Assembly: GCA_977018835.1 (NCBI GenBank)
Contig: OZ361261.1
Span: 620,001 to 684,000 of the forward strand
From: Minutocellus sp. GHC0000111
Taxonomy: Eukaryota
Length of the DNA stretch: 64,000 bases
Direction of reading: 5' to 3'
The notes beneath the pieces were generated by a model. That model was given only the letters and a program-made list of their open reading frames with translations, did no database searches and was not told the DNA's origin. Positions 10,429 through 21,889 of the stretch are shown one piece after another. How positions within the stretch are numbered: position 1 is the stretch's first letter; each line of letters starts with the position of its first letter. Both the position numbers and the translations under genes were made by a program.

Positions 10429-10592
10429 TTAGATGCCAATCGAGGAGTCTCTAGCTTCTATATCTAGCTACGTACATGTAGATTACGCTGGATAGACGTT
10501 GCGAGCTTGATTGAAGGCGTCATTCGAAGGACCACGCCCGCCGGCACTGTCCGTTCGCTCCGACTTTTAGGCCCCCGCCACAAAATTTCTTT

Positions 10593-10735
10593 TTGTTCTT
10601 TGCGTTCGCCCTCTCCCTACCATTGATTGGCATTCATTTCATTGCCAACCAAAGCAGATTGTTCTTTTGCGTTTGCTTTCTCGTCCCCCTTCCATCCCAT
10701 TGATTGGCATTCATTTTATTGCCAACCAAAGCAGA
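10593..10735. repeat. Imperfect tandem duplication (about 66 and 77 bp) just upstream of ATG 10742
   Basis: ttgttcttt(t)gcgtt...ccattgattggcattcattt(c/t)attgccaaccaaagcaga at 10593-10658 and 10659-10735. Confidence 0.9.
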
Positions 10736-10741
10736 AGCAGA

Positions 10742-12163
10742 ATGAAGCTAATCTCGACTCTCCTCTTGCTCATCGTTTCGCGCGCAGCCGTCGGTCAGGA
10801 ATGTACCGCCATTACAACCTGCGAAGGCTGCGTCGCGACGCCAACTTGCCAGTGGGTTGTCGACACCAACCAGTGCCTCTCCAGTTGTCCAGCTTGGCCG
10901 GACATCGTCTGCGTCTCTGATGGAGATGCCATGTCCTGCCCAATGACCCCACCCATCGAGATTCTTCCCGAGACGCCCGCCCCCACCGACGAGGCTGATG
11001 CACCCACTGATGCTCCCGAAATTGCCGTGGAGCCCACCGCATCGCCTACTGGTGCCGCCACAACCACCATGCCGACTGGTGCCCCAGTTGCGAGTGTTGT
11101 GACTCCGAGCCCCACTACTATGTCCCCTACCACAAAGAGTCCAACTTCTCCTCCATCATCTGTGCCCACCATGTTCGACGCACAAATCAGCCAGAGATGC
11201 CCCGCCGGTCATGTGGCGCAGAGGGAAACTCTAGAAGACGGGGAGATCTGTCTGTTCTGTATTCCCGAAGGTATGTGCTTTCTTTGCTTTTCATGAATAT
11301 ATTCGTCCTGTCACCACAATGCACCATTGCATATTTTATACACCTGACGAAACTTTTGATGATACCTCCATTTGTTAGGTCCCGAGGAATGTGCTGTTGG
11401 GTGTATCGGCCCAGGTCAGTGCCAGTGCGCTCCAGGAAATGAGGCGACGCCCGCTGAGATCGATATATGCTGCACTACAAACCCATGTTGCACCGGTTGC
11501 GAGGACTACGAGGGCTCAGACGCCGCAGAATGTTCTGAGATCGAATGCGGATTTGTTCCCGAGGGATGTGGAAAACAGGTCTGCTATTTGACAAATCCCC
11601 CCACAATGTCACCTACTCCCAGCCCTACAGATGTGCCTACCACGAAGCCTTCCGCATCTCCCTCCAGCTCTCCCTCGACGCCTTTTCCCACCTCGTCGCC
11701 CACCATTACGAATGCCTGTCCCGCCAATACGACCCAGGAAGAACGTCTGGAGGTCGATGACGATGTTTGCCTGTTCTGCATTCCGATCGGTACCTTCAAC
11801 TGCTCCGTCGGATGCATCTATGGGCCCATCTGTCAGTGCGCTCCCCCCGGCGCTATGCAGGGCCAAATCGATGAGTGTTGTGCCGCCAATCCCTGCTGTG
11901 GTGGATGTCCTACCAACGAGCAGGACAGCTGCAAATTTGACAAGGCAACGGACTGCAAATTTATCCCCGATGCTTGTGGAGAGGTCGTTTGCTTCGACAA
12001 GGAATTTGAGAGAGCCCCACCTGTGACGCCTACTGACCGTCGCACCGACCCCCCAACGCCTGAACCCGAAGGCGTTGCTCCTCCCAGTGGAGCCACTGGT
12101 ATGGCTGTTTCTGCCTCTTTTGGTGGGGTCCTTGCGATCGTTGCTATGCTTGCTTCCATGTGA
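10742..12163 (+). CDS. Secreted Cys-rich, Pro/Thr-rich surface protein, possibly GPI-anchored; intron 11271-11378
   Basis: Signal peptide MKLISTLLLLIVSRAAVG, PSI-like N-terminal Cys domain, two homologous Cys-rich modules, PT/PS linkers and a hydrophobic C-tail. The GT-AG intron joins IPE-G-PEEC in frame. Confidence 0.85.
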
Positions 12164-12684
12164 GCAACAAATCTGTAGAGATATACACCCATGGCTCTTT
12201 CATTGCAGAGAGGGGACAGAATTGTTACATGTACATGTGTAAGGGATTCGTTTTATTCATAACAACAATCATTATTATTAATTGGCAGCCATGTATAAAT
12301 AAAACCTAGACTCTACGTAAACGTTTATCGAATGTCATCTTGAAGAAACAGCACACGTAGGATCAATAAGAAGAAGTCGAGGTTTTGTATATAAGATCTG
12401 TAACCAAGGGCCTTGATCTACCAATCGCAATTAACACAGATCTGCAGGCACAGTATTTCATGAAATCTGAAGAAATCAATCAAGCACAAAATAAGTATTG
12501 GTGTACTGTACTGCAATGATGAGTGGATTTGGATCGTCGCAATACTTCGTGTTTTTGCTCTTTCACCGGGAACAGACTTTCGTCGCGGGATTAGATAAAA
12601 TTCACCCTCCATCCTGCCCATCCATTCATCTCATTCATCAAACAGCACATCCGTTAGCCTCCGCTCCTTGACTATTCTGCAACC

Positions 12685-13440
12685 ATGCCGCCCAAGATTC
12701 CAGCCCATGTGTTCGGATATACGCTGGCGACGATCCCTGGGGTCATGTATGGTAAGGTGGTATCGTCTCGAGTTATAACATGTGCCTTTATTGTGCCCTT
12801 CGCCACATGCACCACACTGACGCATTTTTGCTTGTTTTTGATTTTCGTCATCCGCTCACATGCAGCCATTTACTACAAGCGCAATCACCAATCCGACGAG
12901 GAGTTCGAGGAGATGTTACGGAAGAACTATTCGAATAATATCGAGGGAAGTAAGGCCAAGCGACAAGAATTCTCAACATTTCTACAGGGCATAAAGGACC
13001 CGAACAGCAATGCCGACACCGAAAAGAAAATGGAGGAGGTGCTACGAGGTGGCCGTGGGGAGACCAAGCGTCATTACGCGGTGAACAAGGAGCTGTATGG
13101 TACCGAGGAGGGCGTCAGATTGCGCAAGGAGGCGGAAGAGGAGCAGAAGCAACAGACGAGGAAGAAGGACCAGCGGCATCGTGGACAAAAGGGTGAAGAA
13201 GGGTCGAAGGATTGGAAGGATGAGTTGGAGGAGGCATCAATGGCGGGAGGAGGGATCAGCAAGACAAAGACAAAGAAGAGCAAGAAAGGCAAGCGCAGCA
13301 GCAATAAGGCAAGCGATGTGGGTCCAGATGCTAATAATGATGTATCTGGAAATATCGGCACGAAGCAGATCGCTCTTGTATCGATCGTTGCTGCCGCGGC
13401 TGCCGGTCTCGGTTTCATTCTCGGTGGTAAGAGGCAATGA
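12685..13440 (+). CDS. Hypothetical membrane-anchored protein; in-frame 114-bp intron 12752-12865
   Basis: GTAAGG...TGCAG intron; spliced product reads GVMYAIYYKRN; charged middle and hydrophobic C-terminal tail followed by KRQ. Confidence 0.7.
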   Translation: MPPKIPAHVFGYTLATIPGVMYGKVVSSRVITCAFIVPFATCTTLTHFCLFLIFVIRSHAAIYYKRNHQSDEEFEEMLRKNYSNNIEGSKAKRQEFSTFLQGIKDPNSNADTEKKMEEVLRGGRGETKRHYAVNKELYGTEEGVRLRKEAEEEQKQQTRKKDQRHRGQKGEEGSKDWKDELEEASMAGGGISKTKTKKSKKGKRSSNKASDVGPDANNDVSGNIGTKQIALVSIVAAAAAGLGFILGGKRQ

Positions 13441-13649
13441 TACTGAAATTGCAAAATAGTATTGTGGCCGTATTGAATGCTACTACGTAGTAGAGACTTG
13501 CATGTGTTTTTGCATGGTGCTAACAATATATATTATCATGCAGTCGCACCTAGGTTCAGTAGAGAAATAGACTGATTTGCATGTCTTTTTCCATGGTGCT
13601 AATACAGACTACTACGTGGTAGAATTTCTAGCTTGACAGAACTACTCAC

Positions 13650-15410
13650 TTAACCAAGCCACTCCTTGAAGAAGTCGTCGCCCTTATCGTCTACAACGAT
13701 GAATGCGGGGAAATCTTCCACTTCAATCTTCCAAACAGCCTCCATACCATCTTCCTCATTGTCCAGAACTTCCACCTTCTTGATGCAATTCTTGGCCAGG
13801 ATTGCAGCTGGTCCGCCGATACTGCCCAGGTAGAAGCCGCGGTTGTCCTTGCATGCCTTGGTTACGGCCTTCGATCGATTACCCTTGGCAAGAGTGACGA
13901 AGGATCCACCCGCCTTCATAAACGCATCAACGTACGCATCCATCCGGCCTGCCGATGTCGGACCGAACGAACCCGATGCATAGCCCTCAGGAGTCTTTGC
14001 CGGCCCGGCATAGTAAATGATATGGTCCTTGGCATACTGAGGCAGACCTTCCCCACTCTCAATTTTTGCCAGCATTTTGGCATGCGCAATATCTCTGGCA
14101 ACCACAATAGTTCCAGTCAAGCTCAAACGAGTTCGGACGGGATGCTTCGACAGCTCTTGTCTCAGCTCGTCCATGGTCAAGTCGTCCATGTTGATCTTCA
14201 CAACGTGATCGGACAAATCATCATCGCTGGGCTCGGGCAGGTATTTGGACACATCCTCTTCGAGCTTCTCCAAGAACACACCGTCCTCGGTAATCTTGGC
14301 CTTGATCTGTCGATCGGCACTGCAACTCACACCAATACCGACCGGACAGGAAGCCCCGTGTCTCGGCAGTCGAACCACCCTCACATCGTGGCAGAAGTAC
14401 TTGCCACCGAACTGCGCTCCAATGCCCAGATTCTGCGTCATCTTGAGGATGTAGTCCTCCCATGCCAAATCCCTAAAGGCTCTGCCAGATGCGTCGCCGG
14501 TGGTGGGTAAGTCATCTAGGTACTTTGTGCTGGCCAGCTTGACCGTCTTGAGGGTTAGCTCGGCACTCAACCCGCCAATGACGACGGCCAAGTGGTACGG
14601 CGGGCAAGCCGAGGTGCCAATGGTCTTGATCTTCTCCTCCAAGAACGACTCGAGCGATCCAGTGTTGAGAAGGGCCTTGGTCTGCTGATAGAGAAAGGTC
14701 TTGTTGGCGCTCCCACCTCCCTTGGCGATGAACATGAAATCATACTGATTGCCCTTGGTTCCGTAGATATCCACCTGAGCCGGCAGGTTGTTTCCGGTAT
14801 TCTTCTCGCTGAACATGTCCAGGGGGGCAACCTGCGAATAGCGCAGATTGAGCTTGGTGTAGGCATCAAAAGCACCTCCGCTCAGATATTCGTCGTCGTT
14901 GCCGTCGGTCAGCACCTGATGACCACGCTTGCCCATCACAATGGCCGTGCCTGTGTCCTGACAACCGGGCAGTACACGAGCACTGGCAATGTTGGCATTC
15001 TTCAGCAGTTCCATCGCAACGAATCGGTCATTATCGGATGCCTCCGGATCGTCCAAAATCTTGCGCAGCTGCGATAGATGCTTCGGTCGGAGGAGGTGGG
15101 CAATGTCCCCAAAGGCCGTGGCCGACAGGGTCCGCAGGGCGGAGCCAGGGACGCGCAGGAATTGCTCCCCACCGACGTCCACCGTCTCCACCTCGGACGC
15201 TGGGAGGATCTGCTTGTATTCCGTAACGTCCAGATCGGGATCTCCATTGTTGGGATCGTGCTGGAACAGGGGCGAATACTCAAAGGCCGGCGGAGGCGGC
15301 TTGGTCGCCAGCGTTCGGATACATCCGAGGGTGGATGTGGTGCTCGCGGCTGAGCGAATCCGACTACTGGCGCTGGTGGCCACCCGCCGAAGGAGAAGAG
15401 ATGCCGACAT
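13650..15410 (-). CDS. Class I (Fe-S) fumarate hydratase with mitochondrial-type presequence
   Basis: [60 protein letters not shown]. Start [13 protein letters not shown] at 15410. Confidence 0.95.
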   Translation of the reverse strand: MSASLLLRRVATSASSRIRSAASTTSTLGCIRTLATKPPPPAFEYSPLFQHDPNNGDPDLDVTEYKQILPASEVETVDVGGEQFLRVPGSALRTLSATAFGDIAHLLRPKHLSQLRKILDDPEASDNDRFVAMELLKNANIASARVLPGCQDTGTAIVMGKRGHQVLTDGNDDEYLSGGAFDAYTKLNLRYSQVAPLDMFSEKNTGNNLPAQVDIYGTKGNQYDFMFIAKGGGSANKTFLYQQTKALLNTGSLESFLEEKIKTIGTSACPPYHLAVVIGGLSAELTLKTVKLASTKYLDDLPTTGDASGRAFRDLAWEDYILKMTQNLGIGAQFGGKYFCHDVRVVRLPRHGASCPVGIGVSCSADRQIKAKITEDGVFLEKLEEDVSKYLPEPSDDDLSDHVVKINMDDLTMDELRQELSKHPVRTRLSLTGTIVVARDIAHAKMLAKIESGEGLPQYAKDHIIYYAGPAKTPEGYASGSFGPTSAGRMDAYVDAFMKAGGSFVTLAKGNRSKAVTKACKDNRGFYLGSIGGPAAILAKNCIKKVEVLDNEEDGMEAVWKIEVEDFPAFIVVDDKGDDFFKEWLG

Positions 15411-15868
15411 GCTGGTGGGTGGTCGCTGAGTTAAAAATGCCGTTCCTTTTTTAGTTCGATACGCGGTGGCGCTTTGGGTCAAGAACACGCGCGGTACAAA
15501 ATGTGTTTTGAGTTTTTGGCGACGGCTTTGCTCGTAGTTTCTCTTGGGCGTGTCAGTGACGCGCCTCATCAACACATAAAAGCCCCAACGACGGCTCGGT
15601 GAATGCGCACCTTTCAACTTCCCGCAGCAGTGTCGCGATGTCCTTTGGAGCAACTCCGATCGACGAAACTGCAGGAAGTGTCAAGACCAAAGGGGCAGAA
15701 GTTGCGTCCACTCGCCAAGAATAGAACGGAAGATATTACATAATTGTTGCGGTGCTTTGCCTTCTGATTCACGTCCATCAGATCTCATTTCGACCTCATT
15801 CACTTCATCCCAACTCTCGTCGACCCAAGCATAAAGAAGAAAGCAAAAGACATCAGTTAGTTGGCATC

Positions 15869-16402
15869 ATGTTGGCAAACGCTACTTCCAGACATCTTAG
15901 GACAGCTGCCACATCTCTGTCACATCGTGTCACCTTCACCCGTGGCCTTGCCAGTGCCCCAGCAGAGAAATTGCGATGTGCATTTGAGGAGTATCGTAAG
16001 GAGAAGTGAGTCGTCTCTCTACGTGTATGCATGTTGCTACTCTGACGAAGACTGATTTGAAAGTAGCAATTCAGTATTGGACTTCCAATCAAGCAGAGTC
16101 TTTCTTGACGTCGCAAGCATAATTTCATCCTAACAAGTTGTCATCCACCCTCCACGCATCACTTTTCTATCCACAGCTTCCAAAGAGAAACTCCAACGCG
16201 ATTTAAGAAGGAGCTTCTCAAGAGCGTCATCCCCATGGGTGGGACCGTCATCCCCATCGATGGCATCAATAAGTTGCTGGTGAACATTGGGCACAAGGAC
16301 GACTGCCTTTCCCGTCAGGAGCAGGATGAACTCCTCGATGAGGCTGTCGGTCATCACGACACCCGAGATGTACCTGTCGAAAAGATTCTGGAACTCGTCT
16401 AA
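15869..16402 (+). CDS. Small spliced hypothetical protein with mitochondrial-type presequence; intron 16006-16176
   Basis: MLANATSRHLRTAA...EEYRKEN|FQRETPTRFKKELLK...VEKILELV*; GTGAGT...CACAG splice restores the frame. Confidence 0.75.
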
Positions 16403-16763
16403 AAGAGGAGTCAAGTTGCCAAAAATTATGCACATATATATTATTGGAGAGACATTTGGTGCTCATCTCTGCACTGCGTCCCACGTATGTTTTACTAGAT
16501 GATAGGTAGTATTCTTAGAAATTAGATGATGATAACTATACACGTGATTGTCTGACTGCCCCATCGTAACAAGACTTGAGATGTGAAAAATATGGTGCGT
16601 CTATTAACAATTATTAGGCGTAATAGCTCCAAAAGAGGCATGTGCGGCATGGTGCTCAATCAATTACCCTTGGCGTGAATATATATAGAAATGGGTAACG
16701 CGGCTTGCATTCAAATGAATGCAAATGGGGATATCGGGGAGAAAATAAAGCCAATTCAGCTCA

Positions 16764-19034
16764 TCACAACTCCCAGAATGGTCTGAGCACGATTATGAGA
16801 ATACTGACATTGTCCCTGCTTCGTCGTACTCGGATCGCTTGGTCGCTTAATATCCGGGCAACTTCTGCTGGCTCTCCCCTGTGGGCAATCAGCTCCTGTC
16901 GAGCCAGAGCAATCGCATCCTGCGATCGGAACACATCAAATAAACCATCACATGCCAGGAGCAAGAATTCATCGTTGTGACGCAACACCTACAACCAGGA
17001 GGAAGGACGGAAAGTACGGTAAGATGAAATCAATTAAATCAAGGAAAGAAGCGGAAAACATCCCTTGAGCACGGCTATGCGCTCACGTCCAACTTACCAT
17101 AGATGCAATTTCTGGCTCTGCGCTCACTAGTGGAGCGGTCAAATCCTTGGCGATATCATTGTCGCTCATTCCGACGGCGCCGCTCATATCCTCGGCCTCC
17201 TCTTCTAGCATTGCTTTTATTCCCATCTTGAAAGATTTGTCTCCAAATGCTCTGGTAATGGCAAGCTCGCCCATTACTCGTTTATGCAAAATAAAACCAC
17301 CGGCGGCACGGACACGCGCTGCCTCGTCCGGTCGACTGGGCTTGTGATCGCTGGTTAGCTCGACACACTGACCGCCGCCGCGGCATAGAACTACTCGACT
17401 GTCTCCAACATTGGCTGCAAAGAGCCGCCGTCCCATGAGGATAACCGTCGCTGCGGTCGATCCACTCTGCGGGGCCGACTTGGGCGAGATGAATTCCTTA
17501 TCTGCCCGGAGGTATGAAGTTTTTAGAATGCGCCTCATGAGCTCTGATGCTGCATCCTCTGTCTGCTCTGAATGCGCCCCGCGGGCGCCTCTACTATTTT
17601 CAATCGCCACGCGAAGGGCCTCTCTCTCTGCCAGCATTTGGTTCCGAACGTGCCTGGGCAGGGCGTCGACCAGATAGTTGGAACACTCCGCTCCGCCGTG
17701 ACCGTCAAAGACAGCGGCAAAGGTCGTCATGGCAAGCTCATTCAGCGTCTCCTTTGGCTCGCCGGTGTAATAAAATTCGGGAGGGGAATACATGAGGCTT
17801 TGAATCACCACCGATCGATCTTCCATGGTGGGTCGGGCACCGATGGCCTCTGATATACCATAATCGAATCGGTTGACCGAGAAGCCTGTTCTACCGACGA
17901 TGAATTCATCGCCCACGCTCAATGCTCCCATGCCCTTGTGTCCGTACGGTCCTACCAATCTCATGTACGATCCGTTCTGCAGTGGTAATTGTTGGAGTAT
18001 GGGAGGCGGGGGTTGAGTTGAGTGAGAGAACGGCTTTGGTGTTCCAACAATCTCCAAGTAATGCGCAACATCTAATCTAAAGATAGTATGAAAGAGAAAC
18101 ATGGCGACATGAAATAGCAAACAAGATAACTCACCGTACTCTCCAGGTCGGTGAGGACAAAGTTTCCGCTGCCCTTCTTGCCAGATTTGTTCGGAAGGTA
18201 AAGGATGGCCCCGTGCTTGCGGCTGAGCTCACGGTCCATGATGCACAGATCAGCCTCGTGCGCCCGCCCGAAAACGTAGGGGCACTTGGAGGCGTGGACA
18301 TCAATCAATTTCCCCCTCATGGGGCCCTTGGAGCAGTGAACGGTAATCTTCTGCTTGGCGTCGTTGACGTCCTCAACGTTGAAGACGGAATTGCCGGCGG
18401 CGAACGACGCCCCCTTGCACAGGACCCAGCGCTCGGCGTCGAGGCTGAGGAGGCGGGCCTCCTTCTGGGGCTGCCCGCCGGAGTTGACGCTCAGCACCTT
18501 GGCCTTGCCGACCCGGACGGCGGCGTCGCCGCGGTCGCCGCGGATGTGCCAGCCGGTCGTCATGGCGGCCCGGAGGGCGTGGAGGGCGGCCTGCTCCCCC
18601 TCAAAGCCGGTGAGGCGGGACAGGACGCCGGCGGCCGGGCCGGTCATGGAATCGTCCATCCGGCGGCAGATGTCGTCGGGGCTGGGCGACGACGGCCCGC
18701 CGTTGCCGATGGTCGTCGTCCGGCCGTACAGCGTCCAGTACGCCGTGGCCGGCTCCGGCTTGCCCTCGTCCTCGTCCTCGGACGTGGTGAATTTGAGGCA
18801 TATTCGGAACAGCGAGCGGGTGTACACCTCCCGGGAGGTGGCGAACTGCCTCCCCCCGCGCGACCAGCCGTCGCGGTCGGCGCTGCCCCCGGCCGGTCCG
18901 CCGGAGGCCGTCCGGGCCAGCGCGCCCCCGTCGGCCCCCGCCCCGTCCGTCTTAGTCCCGCCGGAATTCTGCATCGTTGCGTTCGGGTCGGCTACGAATA
19001 TTCCACCAGCACCGTTCAGGAGACCGCCAGTCAT
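16764..19034 (-). CDS. FHA-domain protein phosphatase 2C, intact copy; introns 17977-18134 and 16989-17097
   Basis: FHA motifs FGR, LSRKH and DLEST|NGSY across the splice; PP2C motifs RPTMED, VFDGHGG, NVGDSR, DHKP, TRAFGD, ACDGLFD, DN. Confidence 0.92.
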
Positions 19035-19853
19035 CAATCACAAGCCGGGGGATATTCTGACGTGAGATGGACTTTTCGGTGTGGTCTGGTCTGGTTAGCG
19101 GAAACGGTGGGTCGAATCACCGGTGTGGTCAGTCACCTCACGGTGTTTTTGTTTCACGCTTCCGACCCAGGCAGTGCAGCAGTGCGGGATGCTTTGTTTG
19201 GTGCAACTTCAAGCCCTCCGACCAGAACTGCCTGCACCGCAAACGCCAAAAGCACTCGCACGTTACGTCCCTCCTTGTTAACAGCAGTCTAGCCAGAAGA
19301 AGTCGCAATCAAATCTCCCAAATCACGCTCCGCCGACCGACACTCTCGATCCGTGTGTGTGATGGTCTACGTAGATTTTGTTCCAGGTTCTACGTAGGCT
19401 TTGGCCAAAAAATTATTATGGGGACCCGCGTCGGATACAACTCCAACACAAGATGGGATCTCCGCGGTAATTTGCGACTTGCGACTATCCACGCCACCGA
19501 TACAGAGTCGCGTGGCAAACGGGGTGGGGTGGGTGATGAGGTTGCGGTGTCCGTGGTTCGGGCTTGGCAACCGATACACTCTCCCCCAAAATGGAGAGAG
19601 CAATGCGATGCGGCACAAAGCAGAGCAGGCAGGGCGGAACGCAACAAAAATCGCAAAGGACCGTGTGCTTCCTAATGACGTGGCAGTACCAAGGAGCTCC
19701 CCCCCCGCCAAGTCAGATCCACGGAAGGGGAAGGCCAGAGAAAAGACGATGTGTCATTTCTTTGGATATCTCTTCCCATCACTCAACGCTCTGGCGAAAG
19801 CGTAAGAATTCCAAGCGCAAAAAGGAGATCAACCAATAGGAAATAGGTTCAGC

Positions 19854-21590
19854 ATGCGCATATCTATATCTCTCGTCGCAGTGGCCGGTGGAAGCTTGCT
19901 CGTTTCGACCTCCTCGGCATCTGCCTCAAACTCGCCCAATGCCATCAGCCCCTTCGCATCCGCCGGCCGTCGACGACGTGTTGCCGGTGGACCGCATGTG
20001 GGCCTGGCCTTTGCGACCGTATCGTCCGACGTCGTCGACAAGGCCAAGAATCGCGTTCTGTCCCTGGCCAGCAACATCAAGGAGGATTCCAAGACCGGCG
20101 TCTTCATCGCCGACGCCGGCGTGAGGTCCGACCTCAAGAGGGCCGTCGCTGACCTCGAGGCCGTGTGTGGCAACCCCACCGATCGCGAACGGCAGCTCAT
20201 GATTGGAGATTGGACGTTGCTTTGCACGACCAACTCGGCCAACGGCAGGGGCAACAATGATAGCGGTGCCAAAAGGAAGAAGAAGGGCCCCAAGCTCCCC
20301 TTCAAGCTACCGGAACTGCCCTTCCAAAACAAGCTGACCAAGTCCATTTCGGTGACTCAGCGCATCCGGTGCATGGACGAGGATGCCGTCGGAGATGCCA
20401 AGGTGATTGACCGCGTGGACAATGTCATTGAGTTCACGCCCTTTGCCGATACCGTCGGAGATCTGCTCTGGGACGGCCTGCCCTTCGCTGCCGCCCTCAA
20501 GGATTTGACGGTCAATCCTCTGGAGGTGAAGAAGTCGAAGATTTCGTTGATTCACAAGGCCGAGGTCCAGTCCGTTGCGCCGGTTCTGAGGACCAAGATC
20601 AACCTGCAAAGCTACGTCCGTGAGTATGCATAACGTGAATCCTAACGTTTCGCCTTTCTGTCGTCATAATTCCTTTTTGTATTTCTAACATGTGCCCTTT
20701 ATTTTAATATTCCAACAAAACTACATGTATTCTCGCACATGCATGCAGTGACTGTCGCTGGAACAAGTCAATATCTTGAACCCGAGGGTGCCGATCTACT
20801 TGGGCTGAATGTGCCGCTGGGTGAATTCCAGTCGGGAATGTTCGACACCACATATGTCGACGAAGAGCTGAGAATTAGCCGAGGAAAGGTCGGCCTGGTG
20901 GAAGTTCTGCGGGTGTTCGTGCGGAAGGGCATCGATGCCGAGGTTGGAGCTCTGGTCGACGAAGATGCGATTGCTGGATCGACAACAACATCTGACGATG
21001 ACGGAGCAGCACCCGAGGAGGAAGGCGACAAGCCAAATAAGCTGGAAAAAGTTCGCAGTGCCGTAGAAGGAGTTGCCGATGCTGTCCGTAAGGTCAATGA
21101 AGATGTAGTGGAAACAATCAAGGGGGATATGGACGATGTTGTTGAGGCAGTCGAGGGCGTTGCTGATGCCGTCATTGGGAAGGAGAATAGAGAGATGATT
21201 GAGAACGAAATAAAGGGCGAGATCAAGAATGTCGAAGATCTTGTGGAGGATGTGGAGGAGAGCATCAATGAGCTTCGCGATGCAGCCCAAAATGTTACGA
21301 CGGCGGTACAGAAGGTTGGCGATGATGTATCAGACGCCATCAAGGACGATGTCGATGATGTCGTAGAGGCTGTTGAGGGTGTGGCGGATGCCGTCATTGG
21401 GAAAGAAAATAGAGAAATGATTGAGAAGGAAATTGAAGGTGAAATCAAAAATGTCCAAGAGACTGCGGAAGATGTTCAAGATGCCATCAAGGAGGTTCAG
21501 AGTGATATTGAGGAGCAGCTCGGCATCAACCAAGAAGAAGAAGAGGGGGAGGATGATGAGGAATCATCTGAGGAGGGAGATTCTGCCTAA
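19854..21590 (+). CDS. PAP/fibrillin family protein with acidic repetitive C-terminal extension; intron 20620-20748
   Basis: Signal peptide; [32 protein letters not shown] and VFVR are fibrillin motifs; splice gives SYVLTVAG. Confidence 0.88.
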
Positions 21591-21889
21591 AGGGTGATCT
21601 ATTTGGCTGAGGGTTGAATAATTGTACGTAAAGCACTCTGATGTAGTTGCATGTACCGGTAGATCTGTTTCATGTACATGTAAGGGGCAGTGGATCGAAC
21701 AGCAGCAGAAGCATTCTTCTTGGTCTGTCTGCCACCCTGATCCAGAATTCTTTGCATTCAACAGGTTATGAGCGCCACACGGCGACGAACATGCTGATGT
21801 CGCCGTCGGCCGTTGTTCGTTTGCCTTGCGTACTGCAGTCTTTGCTTGTAGTCGCCAGTCCGCACATACCGCACATAGCGCATAGAAAG

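Noticed and set aside
3..15410. Bacterial contamination suggested by intronless bacterial-like genes
   Set aside because: They carry eukaryotic targeting peptides and sit among intron-containing genes.
15411..15653. N-terminal extensions from TTG/GTG starts in the ORF track (fumarase, also NDH-2, P2X, Ldh_2)
   Set aside because: Eukaryotic genes; downstream ATGs give proper targeting peptides or family N-termini.
18213..19292. Long plus-strand ORFs (359 and 236 aa) over the PP2C first exon
   Set aside because: Antisense shadows of a GC-rich exon; no motifs.
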